Part shown: in pieces, positions 29,156-40,406 of the stretch
Numbering within the stretch: the first letter of the stretch is position 1
Layout of the letters: the number at the start of each line of letters is the position of its first letter
IMG/VR virus record: IMGVR_UViG_3300027418_000370
DNA: 64,000 bases
Source of the DNA: a virus
Strand: one strand, 5' to 3'
Notes under the pieces: model-generated
The model's input: only the letters and a program-made list of their open reading frames with translations
What the model was told of the DNA's origin: nothing
Database searches by the model: none
Translations under genes and position numbers: made by a program

Positions 29156-30322
29156 ATGGCTCATCATCATTCACCAAAAGCAGTAGTAGATAACCTCGAG
29201 GTATTTTACGACGCAACTAATACATTCAGGTCGTATAAAGGAGAACCTACAACTAATATCGTCACTACCACTCCGTCTCAAGGAGGATGGGGTGGAACTT
29301 ACTCTACACTAAGTAGTGAAGAGAAAAGTTTTAGGTTTATTATTACTAGCTGGTCTGGAACTCCTGGTGCTGCCTGGAGAAGCTACCTATGGGATGTATC
29401 AGCCTATACCGGACAAAATGTAACTATTTCTGCTACTTTTGAATCTGCAAATGAAGCTACAGCAGATTTTAGCTGGATAATGGTTGGACAAACCACCGGC
29501 ACCCAGACATACCTAGGTTACTCAGCAGGGAGTCAGAGAAACATTAAATACGGTAATACTAGAGAACGTATTAGCTGGAGTGGCACAGTAGGGGATGGAC
29601 AGAAAGTAGGATTTACAGTCTGGGCAGATAACGGAACAGGAACATTCTCAGTGGATGTTTCTAATGTACAGATTGAGATTGGTAAATCACACCCTACTCC
29701 GTTTGTAAACGGTACTCGAGCTTCAACAGCAGCACTACTGGATATGACCGGTAACCGTACTCTTGAACTTTCAGGTGTTAGTTTTAATGCAAATGCAGAA
29801 CCAGAGTTTGACGGCAGTAATGATTTAATTACCTTTGGAGGTTCCGCTAATATTGTTAATAAGTCTTATACCATTGAAGCAGTATTTAATAGATACTCTA
29901 CAAATAGAGTAGACGGTATCATAGGAGACGCACAGTACCACTGGTTTAGCTTCTACGTTAATTCTAGTAATCAATTATACCTATTTCATAGACGAAACTC
30001 ACCATATACAGATAACGGAGCAATTAGTGCAACAGGATTAGTAGGTACAGGGTACCATCATGCTATTGGAGTATTTGATATAAATGCCGGTATGAGAGTG
30101 TATTTAAATGGACAGCTCGTTGCAAGTAATACCAACACCACAGCATTTGATTTAGCAGGGAGAGGTCCACAGTATATTGGACAGCATCGAGGAGGAGCTC
30201 CTTCAAGCCCTTCTGTAATGTCAGGTCAAATTCCGTTACTAAAAATTCACCTAAATAAAGCATTTACTCCTATGGAAGTAGAGCAGAGTTATTTAGCAGT
30301 AAAATCAAGATTTGGAATATGA
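29156..30322 (+). CDS. LamG/concanavalin A-like lectin-domain protein, long type
   Basis: GEPTTN, TPFVNGTR, FDGSND, YTIEAVF, MRVYLNG; ends KSRFGI. Confidence 0.75.
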   Translation: MAHHHSPKAVVDNLEVFYDATNTFRSYKGEPTTNIVTTTPSQGGWGGTYSTLSSEEKSFRFIITSWSGTPGAAWRSYLWDVSAYTGQNVTISATFESANEATADFSWIMVGQTTGTQTYLGYSAGSQRNIKYGNTRERISWSGTVGDGQKVGFTVWADNGTGTFSVDVSNVQIEIGKSHPTPFVNGTRASTAALLDMTGNRTLELSGVSFNANAEPEFDGSNDLITFGGSANIVNKSYTIEAVFNRYSTNRVDGIIGDAQYHWFSFYVNSSNQLYLFHRRNSPYTDNGAISATGLVGTGYHHAIGVFDINAGMRVYLNGQLVASNTNTTAFDLAGRGPQYIGQHRGGAPSSPSVMSGQIPLLKIHLNKAFTPMEVEQSYLAVKSRFGI

Positions 30323-30534
30323 GAATAGAAGAAGAAATTATTGGTGGAGTTGTGTATAAGAAGTACATCATAGAAGAATCTGATTTAGCTACTCAAGAGC
30401 AGAGAGATACTTGGGAGGTTGTATGTCAGTCTTGCGAGCATGTACAGGAAGACGGAACATGTGGAGCCTGTGGATGTATAAGAGAAGCTTTAATGAACTT
30501 AGTAACTTCAACTTGCCCGGAAGGCAAATGGTAA
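30319..30534 (+). CDS. Small Cys-rich putative metal-binding protein
   Basis: CQSC...CGACGC...CPEGKW. Confidence 0.7.
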   Translation: MRIEEEIIGGVVYKKYIIEESDLATQEQRDTWEVVCQSCEHVQEDGTCGACGCIREALMNLVTSTCPEGKW

Positions 30535-30535
30535 G

Positions 30536-31099
30536 ATGGCAACAGGATACGGCATACGATCAACATTAGTAACATCAAACCAAGTCTGGTCAGTAGCTCT
30601 TGGTAGCTACGATAGTATTGTTACTGCTGAGACCGGTAATGTAGGTCCTAATGGAGGATATCAAATAAAGACCACATACACCGGTTACGGATGTTCTTCG
30701 TCCGGTATTTACATAGAGTTGAGTGACTCTATTCCGTGGACAAACATTACTTACGAATTAATATTAGAAGGTAATTCTGCTTGCTGGACATTTAACGAAA
30801 ATGCGTATGCTCCCGGGAGTGCACTAGGAAACCTCCTAACCTACGATGAGAGTGCCGGAGATAGAATCAGCCGTCCGCTTAATAGCTGGGAAATACCAGC
30901 ATTTCAATCTCATGCAAAAACTTCCGCTTGTGATAACAACTCCAATAACTTTTACCACGGAAGCTTCAATACCAATAACCCAAAAACTTTCTTCATACAA
31001 AGAAGAAGAAACGTTAACGGATCAAAAGCAGGACCTCAGATAGGTAGAGCATGTACAGGTACAGGTACAACAATCATACGTAATATAAGAATCTGGTAA
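30536..31099 (+). CDS. Hypothetical protein, probably virion-associated
   Basis: 187 aa, tightly packed between fibre-associated genes; 4 Cys. Confidence 0.65.
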   Translation: MATGYGIRSTLVTSNQVWSVALGSYDSIVTAETGNVGPNGGYQIKTTYTGYGCSSSGIYIELSDSIPWTNITYELILEGNSACWTFNENAYAPGSALGNLLTYDESAGDRISRPLNSWEIPAFQSHAKTSACDNNSNNFYHGSFNTNNPKTFFIQRRRNVNGSKAGPQIGRACTGTGTTIIRNIRIW

Positions 31100-31100
31100 C

Positions 31101-31748
31101 ATGGGAGCATACGGAGGACCAGACGTACCAACAGACGGATTAGTGATGCATGTAGATGCAGCTAATACAAAATCCTACCCCGGAGGTAGCACTTGGTACG
31201 ATCTATCAGGTAACGGACATAATATTTCCTTAGGAACTTCAGTAGCAGCATCCGCCTTTAACGATATACAGGTGCTGCACTTCCCTCAAGACGGAAACGG
31301 GTATGGAAGAAATAGCAGCATGAATTTAGCTTCAAGCAACTTTACAGTTATAAGCTGGGTACGAAAGCTTTCCACAGGAAACAGTGGGAGAACTATTACT
31401 GCCTGGAATAACAACTGGCTACTTGCCCACCACGATACAACTTACGGGGATTATTATGCAGAAGGATGGGTAAACGATGTAGGTTCACCATCATCCGATG
31501 CTACTTGGAGAATGTTTACCGGTCAAGGTCATATTTCTAACGATCAGTACAGCTTATATATCAACACTACCCTGACAGTTAGTAACAGCAACGCAGGATC
31601 TCAAGGTCCTAACGGATGGAATCTAAACAACCAGTATAGCCAGTATTCAAACTGTGAGATTGCAAATCTTATTTGCTACAACAGGGTATTAACAGACAGA
31701 GAAGTTACTCAAATTTATAATGCCCACCGTACAAGGTTTGGATTATAA
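31101..31748 (+). CDS. LamG-like lectin-domain protein, short type
   Basis: GLVMHVDAANTKSYPG..WYDLSGNG, FTVISWV, YNRVLT..E; ends RTRFGL. Confidence 0.8.
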   Translation: MGAYGGPDVPTDGLVMHVDAANTKSYPGGSTWYDLSGNGHNISLGTSVAASAFNDIQVLHFPQDGNGYGRNSSMNLASSNFTVISWVRKLSTGNSGRTITAWNNNWLLAHHDTTYGDYYAEGWVNDVGSPSSDATWRMFTGQGHISNDQYSLYINTTLTVSNSNAGSQGPNGWNLNNQYSQYSNCEIANLICYNRVLTDREVTQIYNAHRTRFGL

Positions 31749-31765
31749 CAATAGGTAGTAAGTTC

Positions 31766-31773
31766 TATTTATA
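31766..31773 (+). promoter_or_regulatory. TATTTATA putative late promoter motif
   Basis: Upstream of ATG 31788; part of a block duplicated at 42096. Confidence 0.6.
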
Positions 31774-31787
31774 CTTAAAGATAGTTC

Positions 31788-34700
31788 ATGGCCGACATCA
31801 GGATTATACCCGCCTTAGGGGCGATCAACGTTACAGGTAGTGCAGATTTCAAAGGAACCGGTAATTCCTCTGTTTTATTTGTATCAGGATCCGGTAATGT
31901 CGGAGTAGGAACAACTAATCCTACTTCTAAACTTCATGTAGCAGGTGCTATTAAAGCAACTTCGGTAACTGGCCATGTTTTAGGTACAAGTACCGATACT
32001 TCTAGGGCATTATCCATCTTAAATTCCGGTCTAGCTGATGCATCTACGTATGCTATCACGCTAGGATACGGAGCAAGCAATAACAACCAGGCAGAATTAG
32101 GATTTTACTTAGCAGGAACAGGATCTGCTAACAATAGATTAAGCTTAGGTCTGTATAACAGCTCAGATACTGTTAATATCTTAGGAAGCGGTAAGGTAGG
32201 TATAGGAATCACCAACCCTACCGGTAAAGTAGACATCAATGGATCTTCAGATTATAATCAACTCTGGATTAGAAGTACCGGAGGCAATGCAGCCATTACA
32301 TTTGATGTTGAAACAGGTGCTTCTACCTATTATAACTGGAGAATTGATGCCCAAGGTCAAGTAGCAAACGGTATGACCTTTGCTGCTTCTACAACAGCAG
32401 GCGGCACAACCTTTGGTACTCCGGTACTAACACTGCTTCAGACAGGTATAGTTAAAATTAACGACTACGGCTCAGGAACTAACACAGGTACACCCGCCTA
32501 CGGTCTTGCTGTAGATTCTAGCGGTAACGTTATTGAGACTACACTAGCTACCATCAACGGTTCAGGTACAGCTAACTACGTACCAAAATGGAGTGATAGT
32601 GATACGTTAACAGACTCTGTAATTTACCAGAACGGAACTAATGTAGGCATTAACACTACAGCACCATCAGGGTCATTACACATTAAGCAAAGCACTGCAA
32701 GTGATCAGGATAAAGGATACGAAGCATCAAACTTCCCAGATCTAAGCACTCAAACAGCCTCAGTGCTTACTTTAGACGGTAACTATACTACCGGAGCATA
32801 TAGATCTAGGTTCATAAAGGTAGATAGAGGAGGAAACCTTTCAGTTTACTATCAGGAAACGTCTGGTACCCCTCATGCTTATACAAGTAAGGTAAGATTT
32901 GGTGCAAACAGCCATCATCCGGCTGTAATGCAGGTATTTGGACCATTTGAAGCTACTAATCAGATAAGAATCTCTAATGGCTCCGGCGGTCAAAGGCTTA
33001 TTATGGGTAACCGCGATAGCTCTGGTACAGATAACCCGTCAATCATTGAGGCATCCAACGGTAATTTGTATTTTGGTGGTGGAGACACCTGGAACCCATC
33101 TGGTTCTATAGCAGGCGGTACTATGGACTACACCATGACCTTAACCGATAGCGGTAACGTAGGTGTTGGTACTACAGCCCCATCTTATAAACTACAGGTC
33201 TCTGAAACTGACTATGCAAGATTATCCCTCCATCAAACAACAACAGGAGGAATTTGGCAATGGGGTAACGACGGAAGTAATTTATATGCATATTACAGTA
33301 ATACAGGTGTAAGAGCATTAGATATCACAAATAGTGGCAGAGTAGGTATCGGAACTAATAACCCAAGTGCTAAATTAGACATTGGAGGTGCTATACAAAT
33401 CGGAGTAGGCTCAACAACACCAAACATCGCTTACGGCTTATTTGCATACACGAATGTAGGATTAGGTATATACTCAGCAGCTTCAGGCGCTGGGCAAGGT
33501 ATAGGATTTTGGTTAAGTAATGGATCTGCTTACGAAGCCGGTAGATGGCTCTCAGACGGTAATTTAGGTATCGGAACTACTAGTCCTAAATCAAAACTGC
33601 ATGTAGCAGGAGCAGGTAATTCAGCCGGAGGCAACATCATAATAGGTAACGTTAGTGATGGCGTAGGAAAATGGTCCTATATTACGAGTACTCATTATAG
33701 CTCCTCTGCCGAACCAGAAGGATTTGCATTAATTGGCGGTCTATCCTCAGCTACAGCTAATGCTGTGGTTATTGGAGGTAACATTTACGAAAGTAACCCT
33801 TCTACAGAAATACAATTCTGGACTCATACTGCTACTACTCATAATCTAGGCGGTAGTCAGAAGATGGGAATTAGTGGTAATGGAAGCATCAGATTCCATA
33901 GCTACGGTTCAGGTACATTCACAGGTACAGCTGCCTACAACCTTTCGGTAGATTCATCTGGTAATATCATCGAGACTGCTAACCCTTCTTTAACAGGAAC
34001 AGGAACGGCGAACTATGTTACTAAGTGGAGCGGCACTAACACCCTTACTAACTCCGTTATGTACGATGACGGAACTAATATCGGTGTAGGAGAAACATCA
34101 CCGTCTTATAAGTTACATATAGGAGGAACATTTAGAGCATCAAGCCTAGGTTCTTTTGGAGGTAGTGTAGGTATTGGTACTACTAGCCCAACATCAAAAC
34201 TTCAAGTAGAAGGAGGCGATATTTACCTAAACAAAGATAATGCAAGCGCTAATTATTACTTACATTTAAATAAAAAATCAAATCAAGACGGTGGTATTGT
34301 TTTTTATAACAATAATGTTGCCGATTTTCAATTAGTAAATATCTCCTCAGGAGATTTACAATTTTATGCTTACGGATTAGGAGGTCCTGCTCTTAATATA
34401 TTGCGAGCTACAGGTAACGTAGGTATTGGTTCTACAGCACCATCAGCCAGACTAGACGTTTATCAATCCGGCTCTACAGCCTTAAACATAGCTGGTAGCC
34501 AAGGTCAATTATTTAGCGTTACTGATTCACTATCCGGTTCATTAATGTCTGTTAATGATATCTCGGGTATTCCTATTCTAGAAGTGTTCTCTGACGACAG
34601 AGTCGTAGCAGGAACCTTTGGATCTAATGCTCTAGTGGTAAATGGAGCAAATGTGGGAGTAGGAACTTCTAGTCCGCAGGAAAAGCTTCATGTTAGGCAA

Positions 34701-37700
34701 ATTAATATAGCCGATAATACCGCTACAACTCTTCTACTACTTGACGGACAATTTAGCGACTCTAGCATTGAAGAAGCCGATATGGTTTCTATTGGATTTA
34801 GGGTAGAAAACTCTAGCGGAGGCTCTCAAACGACCCAGGCTATTTCGTTTGCATACAATAATTACCTCTCTTTAATGAAGGATGGCGGTAATGTTGGTGT
34901 AGGTTCAACAGCGCCTGCTTATAAACTAGACGTTGCAGGTACTGTACAAATTCAAGATTCCCTATACTTAGGCAAAGCTGATACAGCATCAGGTCATATT
35001 AACGCTTACGAGTTAATGACCTTCAATATCGATACCGATAACGATGATGCTGACACAAGGTATTTTGGATGGTTTAAAAACGGAGCAGCCGGATCAGGTA
35101 CTGCTTTAATGCGTTTAACTGAGACCGGTAATTTAGGTATCGGTACTACCTCACCAGCTACTAAACTACAGGTAGACGGACAGGTTACTATACTTTCAAA
35201 TGCTACAGCAGAATCACCTAAAATACCTAACGCTTTAATTATTGCTAACTCAGACGATGCTACTCAAGCTCTAAGATTAGGATACGATTCAGGATCAGAT
35301 ATAGGTGTAATTGCTGCATCTGATGCAGGTACTGGATGGAAAGGTATTGCTATAGCACCAACCGGAGGTTCAGTAGGGATTGGTTCTTTCTCTCCAGGAT
35401 ACAAACTAGATGTTAACGGTACGGCAGGATTTAGAAGCACAATCTACGCTGCCAATATTGGAACAGGAGAAGATAACTCTGTAGTAGTTTTAGATTCGGA
35501 CGGTACTTTAAGAACCGACGAGATTGATTCAAGAGTCTGGGGATCTACTTTAGTAGATGGATCGGGAGCTGCTAACAGAGTAGCTTACTGGTCGGATGCT
35601 GATACCTTAACCTCTGATGCTGATTTTACTTTTGATGGAACAAGTGTTGGTATTGGGACCACAGCTCCAGCTGACACACTAGATATAAACGGAAACCTCT
35701 ACTTCTCAAAAGGATCAGATCCTAAGATATACGCCGGTTCTGGAGTTGGATTAAATATTGACGGAGAAGCTTTATACTTAAATAGATACACTACCTCTAA
35801 TACTGTTATAGCACTAGGAGGCGGTAATGTAGGTATCGGAACAATCAGCCCTGGGTACAAACTAGACGTATCAGGATCTGTAAGATTAGGAGGTATAGAA
35901 GCCAATAACCTACCTATAAGAATGGGCCACGATAGTACCGCCATCTATATGGGCGGGCTAAATACCAACACCCTAAACGTAGCGTACGATTACAACGGTA
36001 CCTACAATATGCACATTAACTATAATGGCTATTTAGGAGCAGATACCCAGTATAGAAATTTAGTAATCAATGACGGAAGAAGAGGTTTAATTGCTCATTT
36101 TGATGGTGCTTCTAGGTACGTAGGTATTGGTACATACTCACCGGCTGCTACTTTACATGTTGCTGGGGATGCGTTATACGAAGGTAACATGACCGTAGAC
36201 GGTATTATTACCGCTAAAGAATTTCATACTACGTTTGTATCAGCATCTATTATATTCCAATCAGGATCTACACAGTTCGGTAATAGTATAGATGATGTAC
36301 ATACATTTACCGGCAAAACCGAGCTTGCTAGCTACGGAGTAGGAGCTACTGAAATATACACCTACCAGGTTATCACCAGTACATCAACTACCAGCAATGA
36401 GACCTTTGATCTATATTTAGGTAGATTTGGTAACGGATACCATAAGGTAGTACTATGGGCTAGCGGGTACGGTACTGATGTAGGTAACTACTTTGATATA
36501 ACCAGAAGTTGGGGTACATCTAGTGCTCCTAGGATAATTTCAAGTGGAGGATTCCGCGTAGGAGCAGCAACATACACTATTCACTGGTCCCAGGTTAGTA
36601 ATAGTGCTTACGACCTGTATATTAAATGGACTGCAGGTATGCCTAGCGGCTATACCAACACAATTAACTACTCTATACAGTCTAATACAGGAGGCAGCTA
36701 CGTTCAATTTGAATATCCGAGTGTAACTGTACCAACCCTTAACGCATCAAATCAGGTAGCTGTTGTCACTACAATGGACTACGGTAATGCTAAAGTGGGT
36801 ATCGGTATCACCAACCCAGCTTATGCAAACTTGACTGTATCAGCTGGTAGCCACCAAGGATTTGCTGTAACAAGAGCCGGAAACAATGTCCCTGCTTTAT
36901 TCTTAGGTAATGACGGCGGTAGTACAGCACGTATTGCTGCAAATAATGCAAATCTACAAATTGGTAGAGATTTAAGTGATACCTTTACTCCCTACGTAAC
37001 TGTAGAAAACGATAGCGGTAACGTAGGAATAGGTATAACAACCCCAGTAGTCAAACTTGATATTGTAGATAACTCTGCAAAAGCAAGCGGAGTCGACGAA
37101 GCCGTAATAAGAATCAAAAGTACAGATCAATACGGAGCTTCTATACACATGTCCGGTTCTTCAAACTGGAGACTTATATCTACTGGTGCTTCAAGCACAC
37201 CAGGCGGCGGTGATTTTGGATTCTACAACGACGCCGGCAGCAGCTATAGAATGGTAATCCAAGGAGCAGACGGTAACGTAGGTATTGGAGTAACAAACCC
37301 AGGCGATAAGCTTCAAGTAGTAGGTAATGGAGGATTTGCCTTAGGATTATCAACCACAGGTGAAAGCTACTCTTTAAGTTCTTCAGCTCGAGGTTCAGTA
37401 TACGAAGTAGCCGGAACTGTTGCTAGAATTGTATCTTCTCCAGACAGTGTAAATTCTGCAGCGTTAATAAACTTTAATGCTTACAATTCATCAAACGGTG
37501 CTACTGGAGCATTTTTAGGAGCACTAGCTGGTGATACAGGTAATGGTCCTGCAAGTTTAGTATTTGGAAGAAGAACCGGAACTACTGCCTGGGGAGAAAC
37601 GATGCGTATTGCTTCTAACGGTAACGTAGGTATCGGTACCTCATCTCCTTCTAACAAACTTGAGGTAGCTGGAGGAGTAACCGCGACATCGTTTACTGGG

Positions 37701-40397
37701 TCCCTACAGGGTAACATCACCGGAACAGCAGGTAGTGAAACTCTAGCAACAGTAACCGGAAGAGGTAATACAACCACTCAGAATATTGAGATAGTACATA
37801 GCACAGGTCAAGGATTCTACTCAGGTCCAGGTTCATTCCAATCTTTCGGTTCAGGTGTATCTACCATTCTACTGCAAGGAACTGCAACAAACGGTAGAGC
37901 AGGTGCTATATGGTTTAAAGGAGTAGCTGGTGATGATGTAGCATCACTATATGTAACTGACGATGTTCAAGACGATTACGGAACAACATTAGTAGCGTAT
38001 TCAGGAAGCATTAGATTTGCCACTGAGACATTAGCATCTGAGAAGATGACTATTACCCCAGCCGGTAACGTCGGTATAGGAAGTGACAGCCCAGCGTATA
38101 AGTTAGATGTAAACGGAGGATCAAATGCATCTGTTGCTAGATTCTATAATTCCTCAGCAACTACAACCGTACTCTACTACGGTGATACTGGAAATACTCA
38201 GTATACTGAAACACAGTACCTTGCCAATGGCGGAGGAGTAGGATCGATATTCAAAGCCGGTACCGGATATACAAACTACGGAGGAGCAAGAGCATTTAAC
38301 ATCTACAACAGCGATGGCGGTATTTCACTTCTTCCAGACAACGCTACATCACCTATCTTATTTGCAACAGGAAGTAATGTCGGTATTGGTACTACTACTC
38401 CAAACAAACAATTAACTTTTTCTCAAAGGACAGACGATGCCATTCAAATACGAAGATTAACAACAAGTGAGGGTAATCCATCAATAGGAACCGGTATATC
38501 TTGGACCTGGACCAGCGCTACAACAGACAATGAAACTTGGGCTGCTATTAGAGTCATAATGCCAGGTAACGGCAATAGTAATATGACATTTAGCACCACG
38601 CCAAGTTCAGGCGCATCTGGATTAACGGAAAGAATGCGAATTACTGATGCAGGTAACGTAGGTATTGGTAATACAAACGCAATCACTAAACTGCACGTAG
38701 CTACTGCCGGTCGTCCATTTACCTCTACTGCCGATAAGAGTAACGGAGATATGGTTGGTATAGTATTAACAGCTAATACCAACGAAAATACCATGAATGG
38801 TATCTGGTTCTCTTCAGGAACCGATCACTCAGGTACTCACTGGTCCGGTATTGCCGGTAGTAGAAGTGACTACGCTACCAACTGGTCAACACATCTAGCA
38901 TTCTTCACTCACGTTAATGCAACAACTAATATCACTCAGGCAACTGAGAAGATGAGAATTACCGGTGAAGGCAGCGTAGGTATTGGTACTACCAGTCCTG
39001 GAGCTAAGTTACAGGTTCATTCTCCTGCTCTTGGTACTACCGCAGGAGATCAGGTATATCAATCTATGTTCTATGGGAGTAATGGAAATGGTTCCTACTT
39101 AGAAATAAAAGATGTAAGAGATATCAACGGCACAGACTGGACAAGTGCCGGTAAACGTATTCAGCTGCGAATTGATAGTACCTATATGGGTTACATTCAA
39201 TTTAATGGATATAATAACAACTACGGAATATCGTTCGGTACCGGAGGTACAACATCTGCCCCAGGTGATGTCAGCCAGAGAATGGTAATTACTAGCGCCG
39301 GTCAAGTAACTATAAATAATAATGCTGCAGCTAGTACTGCTGCTACAAACTTTAGAGTCTACGGTTACGATAGTGATTCGTACTTTAGACTTGGAAATAA
39401 TACAAGTAACTCTCTTGACATTGAGCTTACACGCAGCGATGCTGCTACCATGTTTAGTGTTGATGGACATAGCGGTATTGCGTACTTTGCAGGTAGCGTA
39501 GGTATTGGAAATACTAGCCCAACAGCTAAACTGCAAGTGGGTGCTGAAGCTCACGGTAGTGCAACCGGTATTGAAGTGGCTGCCGGAACAAGCGGTGCAA
39601 ACCTACTTGCTATAGACGACACATACAACCACAACTGGTTCCCTTATACGGATGGAAACAACTACTACTCAGCAGGAGGACATACTTTCAGAGACCAGAC
39701 ACATTCAACAGTCTGGATGTTTATTAGCTCTAGCGGCTGTATAGGTATTGGAACAGTTACTCCAAGTTTTAAACTTGATGTAACAGGCGACTTAAGAGCT
39801 ACATCAAATATTATAGCAAACGGATATACCGTTACAGATGGTGTAATACACCACGCCAGTAATATTAATGTACTTAATAAGGCAAGTAGCGGGTGGCTAA
39901 CCTGGGCTACTAGAAATACATCAGGAGCAGAAGTAGTAGTTGATTTAGACTATATAGGAAGTGTAAGTACATCCGGGAATATAACAGCAGGAGGTACAGT
40001 AAGTACCTCTAGAGTTAGCGTTGATAGTACAATAGTATTCGATACTAAGACTATGACTATGACTGATTCATTCTCTGATGCATTAACCGTTACTATGAAT
40101 AATCATACCGGATGTTATGTTAAGATAACAGCATTTGGTGACTGGGGCAGCCACTCCTCTATTTCCTACCTCGGAGAATTCTTCCTACAGAATGGAGCAG
40201 GAAGCTACAACGAACCAGGTAGAATCATAAGACAGGTGGACAACACGTATACCGATCACATTGAAGCTCAGATTGTAGATCCAGGCGGTACATCAGGAGC
40301 TAGGGACTTTGTAATACAGTTAAAAGCTACGGCAGCAGCATCATTTACTGCGTACCTGCAGTATGAAGTAAGAGGTATGTTTAACTCCGTTTCATAA
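31788..40397 (+). CDS. Giant fibre protein (2869 aa)
   Basis: About 20 or more GxVGIGxxxPxxKLxV repeats (counted by eye) separated by variable segments; no S74 domain at the C-terminus. Confidence 0.8.
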   Translation: MADIRIIPALGAINVTGSADFKGTGNSSVLFVSGSGNVGVGTTNPTSKLHVAGAIKATSVTGHVLGTSTDTSRALSILNSGLADASTYAITLGYGASNNNQAELGFYLAGTGSANNRLSLGLYNSSDTVNILGSGKVGIGITNPTGKVDINGSSDYNQLWIRSTGGNAAITFDVETGASTYYNWRIDAQGQVANGMTFAASTTAGGTTFGTPVLTLLQTGIVKINDYGSGTNTGTPAYGLAVDSSGNVIETTLATINGSGTANYVPKWSDSDTLTDSVIYQNGTNVGINTTAPSGSLHIKQSTASDQDKGYEASNFPDLSTQTASVLTLDGNYTTGAYRSRFIKVDRGGNLSVYYQETSGTPHAYTSKVRFGANSHHPAVMQVFGPFEATNQIRISNGSGGQRLIMGNRDSSGTDNPSIIEASNGNLYFGGGDTWNPSGSIAGGTMDYTMTLTDSGNVGVGTTAPSYKLQVSETDYARLSLHQTTTGGIWQWGNDGSNLYAYYSNTGVRALDITNSGRVGIGTNNPSAKLDIGGAIQIGVGSTTPNIAYGLFAYTNVGLGIYSAASGAGQGIGFWLSNGSAYEAGRWLSDGNLGIGTTSPKSKLHVAGAGNSAGGNIIIGNVSDGVGKWSYITSTHYSSSAEPEGFALIGGLSSATANAVVIGGNIYESNPSTEIQFWTHTATTHNLGGSQKMGISGNGSIRFHSYGSGTFTGTAAYNLSVDSSGNIIETANPSLTGTGTANYVTKWSGTNTLTNSVMYDDGTNIGVGETSPSYKLHIGGTFRASSLGSFGGSVGIGTTSPTSKLQVEGGDIYLNKDNASANYYLHLNKKSNQDGGIVFYNNNVADFQLVNISSGDLQFYAYGLGGPALNILRATGNVGIGSTAPSARLDVYQSGSTALNIAGSQGQLFSVTDSLSGSLMSVNDISGIPILEVFSDDRVVAGTFGSNALVVNGANVGVGTSSPQEKLHVRQINIADNTATTLLLLDGQFSDSSIEEADMVSIGFRVENSSGGSQTTQAISFAYNNYLSLMKDGGNVGVGSTAPAYKLDVAGTVQIQDSLYLGKADTASGHINAYELMTFNIDTDNDDADTRYFGWFKNGAAGSGTALMRLTETGNLGIGTTSPATKLQVDGQVTILSNATAESPKIPNALIIANSDDATQALRLGYDSGSDIGVIAASDAGTGWKGIAIAPTGGSVGIGSFSPGYKLDVNGTAGFRSTIYAANIGTGEDNSVVVLDSDGTLRTDEIDSRVWGSTLVDGSGAANRVAYWSDADTLTSDADFTFDGTSVGIGTTAPADTLDINGNLYFSKGSDPKIYAGSGVGLNIDGEALYLNRYTTSNTVIALGGGNVGIGTISPGYKLDVSGSVRLGGIEANNLPIRMGHDSTAIYMGGLNTNTLNVAYDYNGTYNMHINYNGYLGADTQYRNLVINDGRRGLIAHFDGASRYVGIGTYSPAATLHVAGDALYEGNMTVDGIITAKEFHTTFVSASIIFQSGSTQFGNSIDDVHTFTGKTELASYGVGATEIYTYQVITSTSTTSNETFDLYLGRFGNGYHKVVLWASGYGTDVGNYFDITRSWGTSSAPRIISSGGFRVGAATYTIHWSQVSNSAYDLYIKWTAGMPSGYTNTINYSIQSNTGGSYVQFEYPSVTVPTLNASNQVAVVTTMDYGNAKVGIGITNPAYANLTVSAGSHQGFAVTRAGNNVPALFLGNDGGSTARIAANNANLQIGRDLSDTFTPYVTVENDSGNVGIGITTPVVKLDIVDNSAKASGVDEAVIRIKSTDQYGASIHMSGSSNWRLISTGASSTPGGGDFGFYNDAGSSYRMVIQGADGNVGIGVTNPGDKLQVVGNGGFALGLSTTGESYSLSSSARGSVYEVAGTVARIVSSPDSVNSAALINFNAYNSSNGATGAFLGALAGDTGNGPASLVFGRRTGTTAWGETMRIASNGNVGIGTSSPSNKLEVAGGVTATSFTGSLQGNITGTAGSETLATVTGRGNTTTQNIEIVHSTGQGFYSGPGSFQSFGSGVSTILLQGTATNGRAGAIWFKGVAGDDVASLYVTDDVQDDYGTTLVAYSGSIRFATETLASEKMTITPAGNVGIGSDSPAYKLDVNGGSNASVARFYNSSATTTVLYYGDTGNTQYTETQYLANGGGVGSIFKAGTGYTNYGGARAFNIYNSDGGISLLPDNATSPILFATGSNVGIGTTTPNKQLTFSQRTDDAIQIRRLTTSEGNPSIGTGISWTWTSATTDNETWAAIRVIMPGNGNSNMTFSTTPSSGASGLTERMRITDAGNVGIGNTNAITKLHVATAGRPFTSTADKSNGDMVGIVLTANTNENTMNGIWFSSGTDHSGTHWSGIAGSRSDYATNWSTHLAFFTHVNATTNITQATEKMRITGEGSVGIGTTSPGAKLQVHSPALGTTAGDQVYQSMFYGSNGNGSYLEIKDVRDINGTDWTSAGKRIQLRIDSTYMGYIQFNGYNNNYGISFGTGGTTSAPGDVSQRMVITSAGQVTINNNAAASTAATNFRVYGYDSDSYFRLGNNTSNSLDIELTRSDAATMFSVDGHSGIAYFAGSVGIGNTSPTAKLQVGAEAHGSATGIEVAAGTSGANLLAIDDTYNHNWFPYTDGNNYYSAGGHTFRDQTHSTVWMFISSSGCIGIGTVTPSFKLDVTGDLRATSNIIANGYTVTDGVIHHASNINVLNKASSGWLTWATRNTSGAEVVVDLDYIGSVSTSGNITAGGTVSTSRVSVDSTIVFDTKTMTMTDSFSDALTVTMNNHTGCYVKITAFGDWGSHSSISYLGEFFLQNGAGSYNEPGRIIRQVDNTYTDHIEAQIVDPGGTSGARDFVIQLKATAAASFTAYLQYEVRGMFNSVS

Positions 40398-40406
40398 TTA
40401 TAAGAT

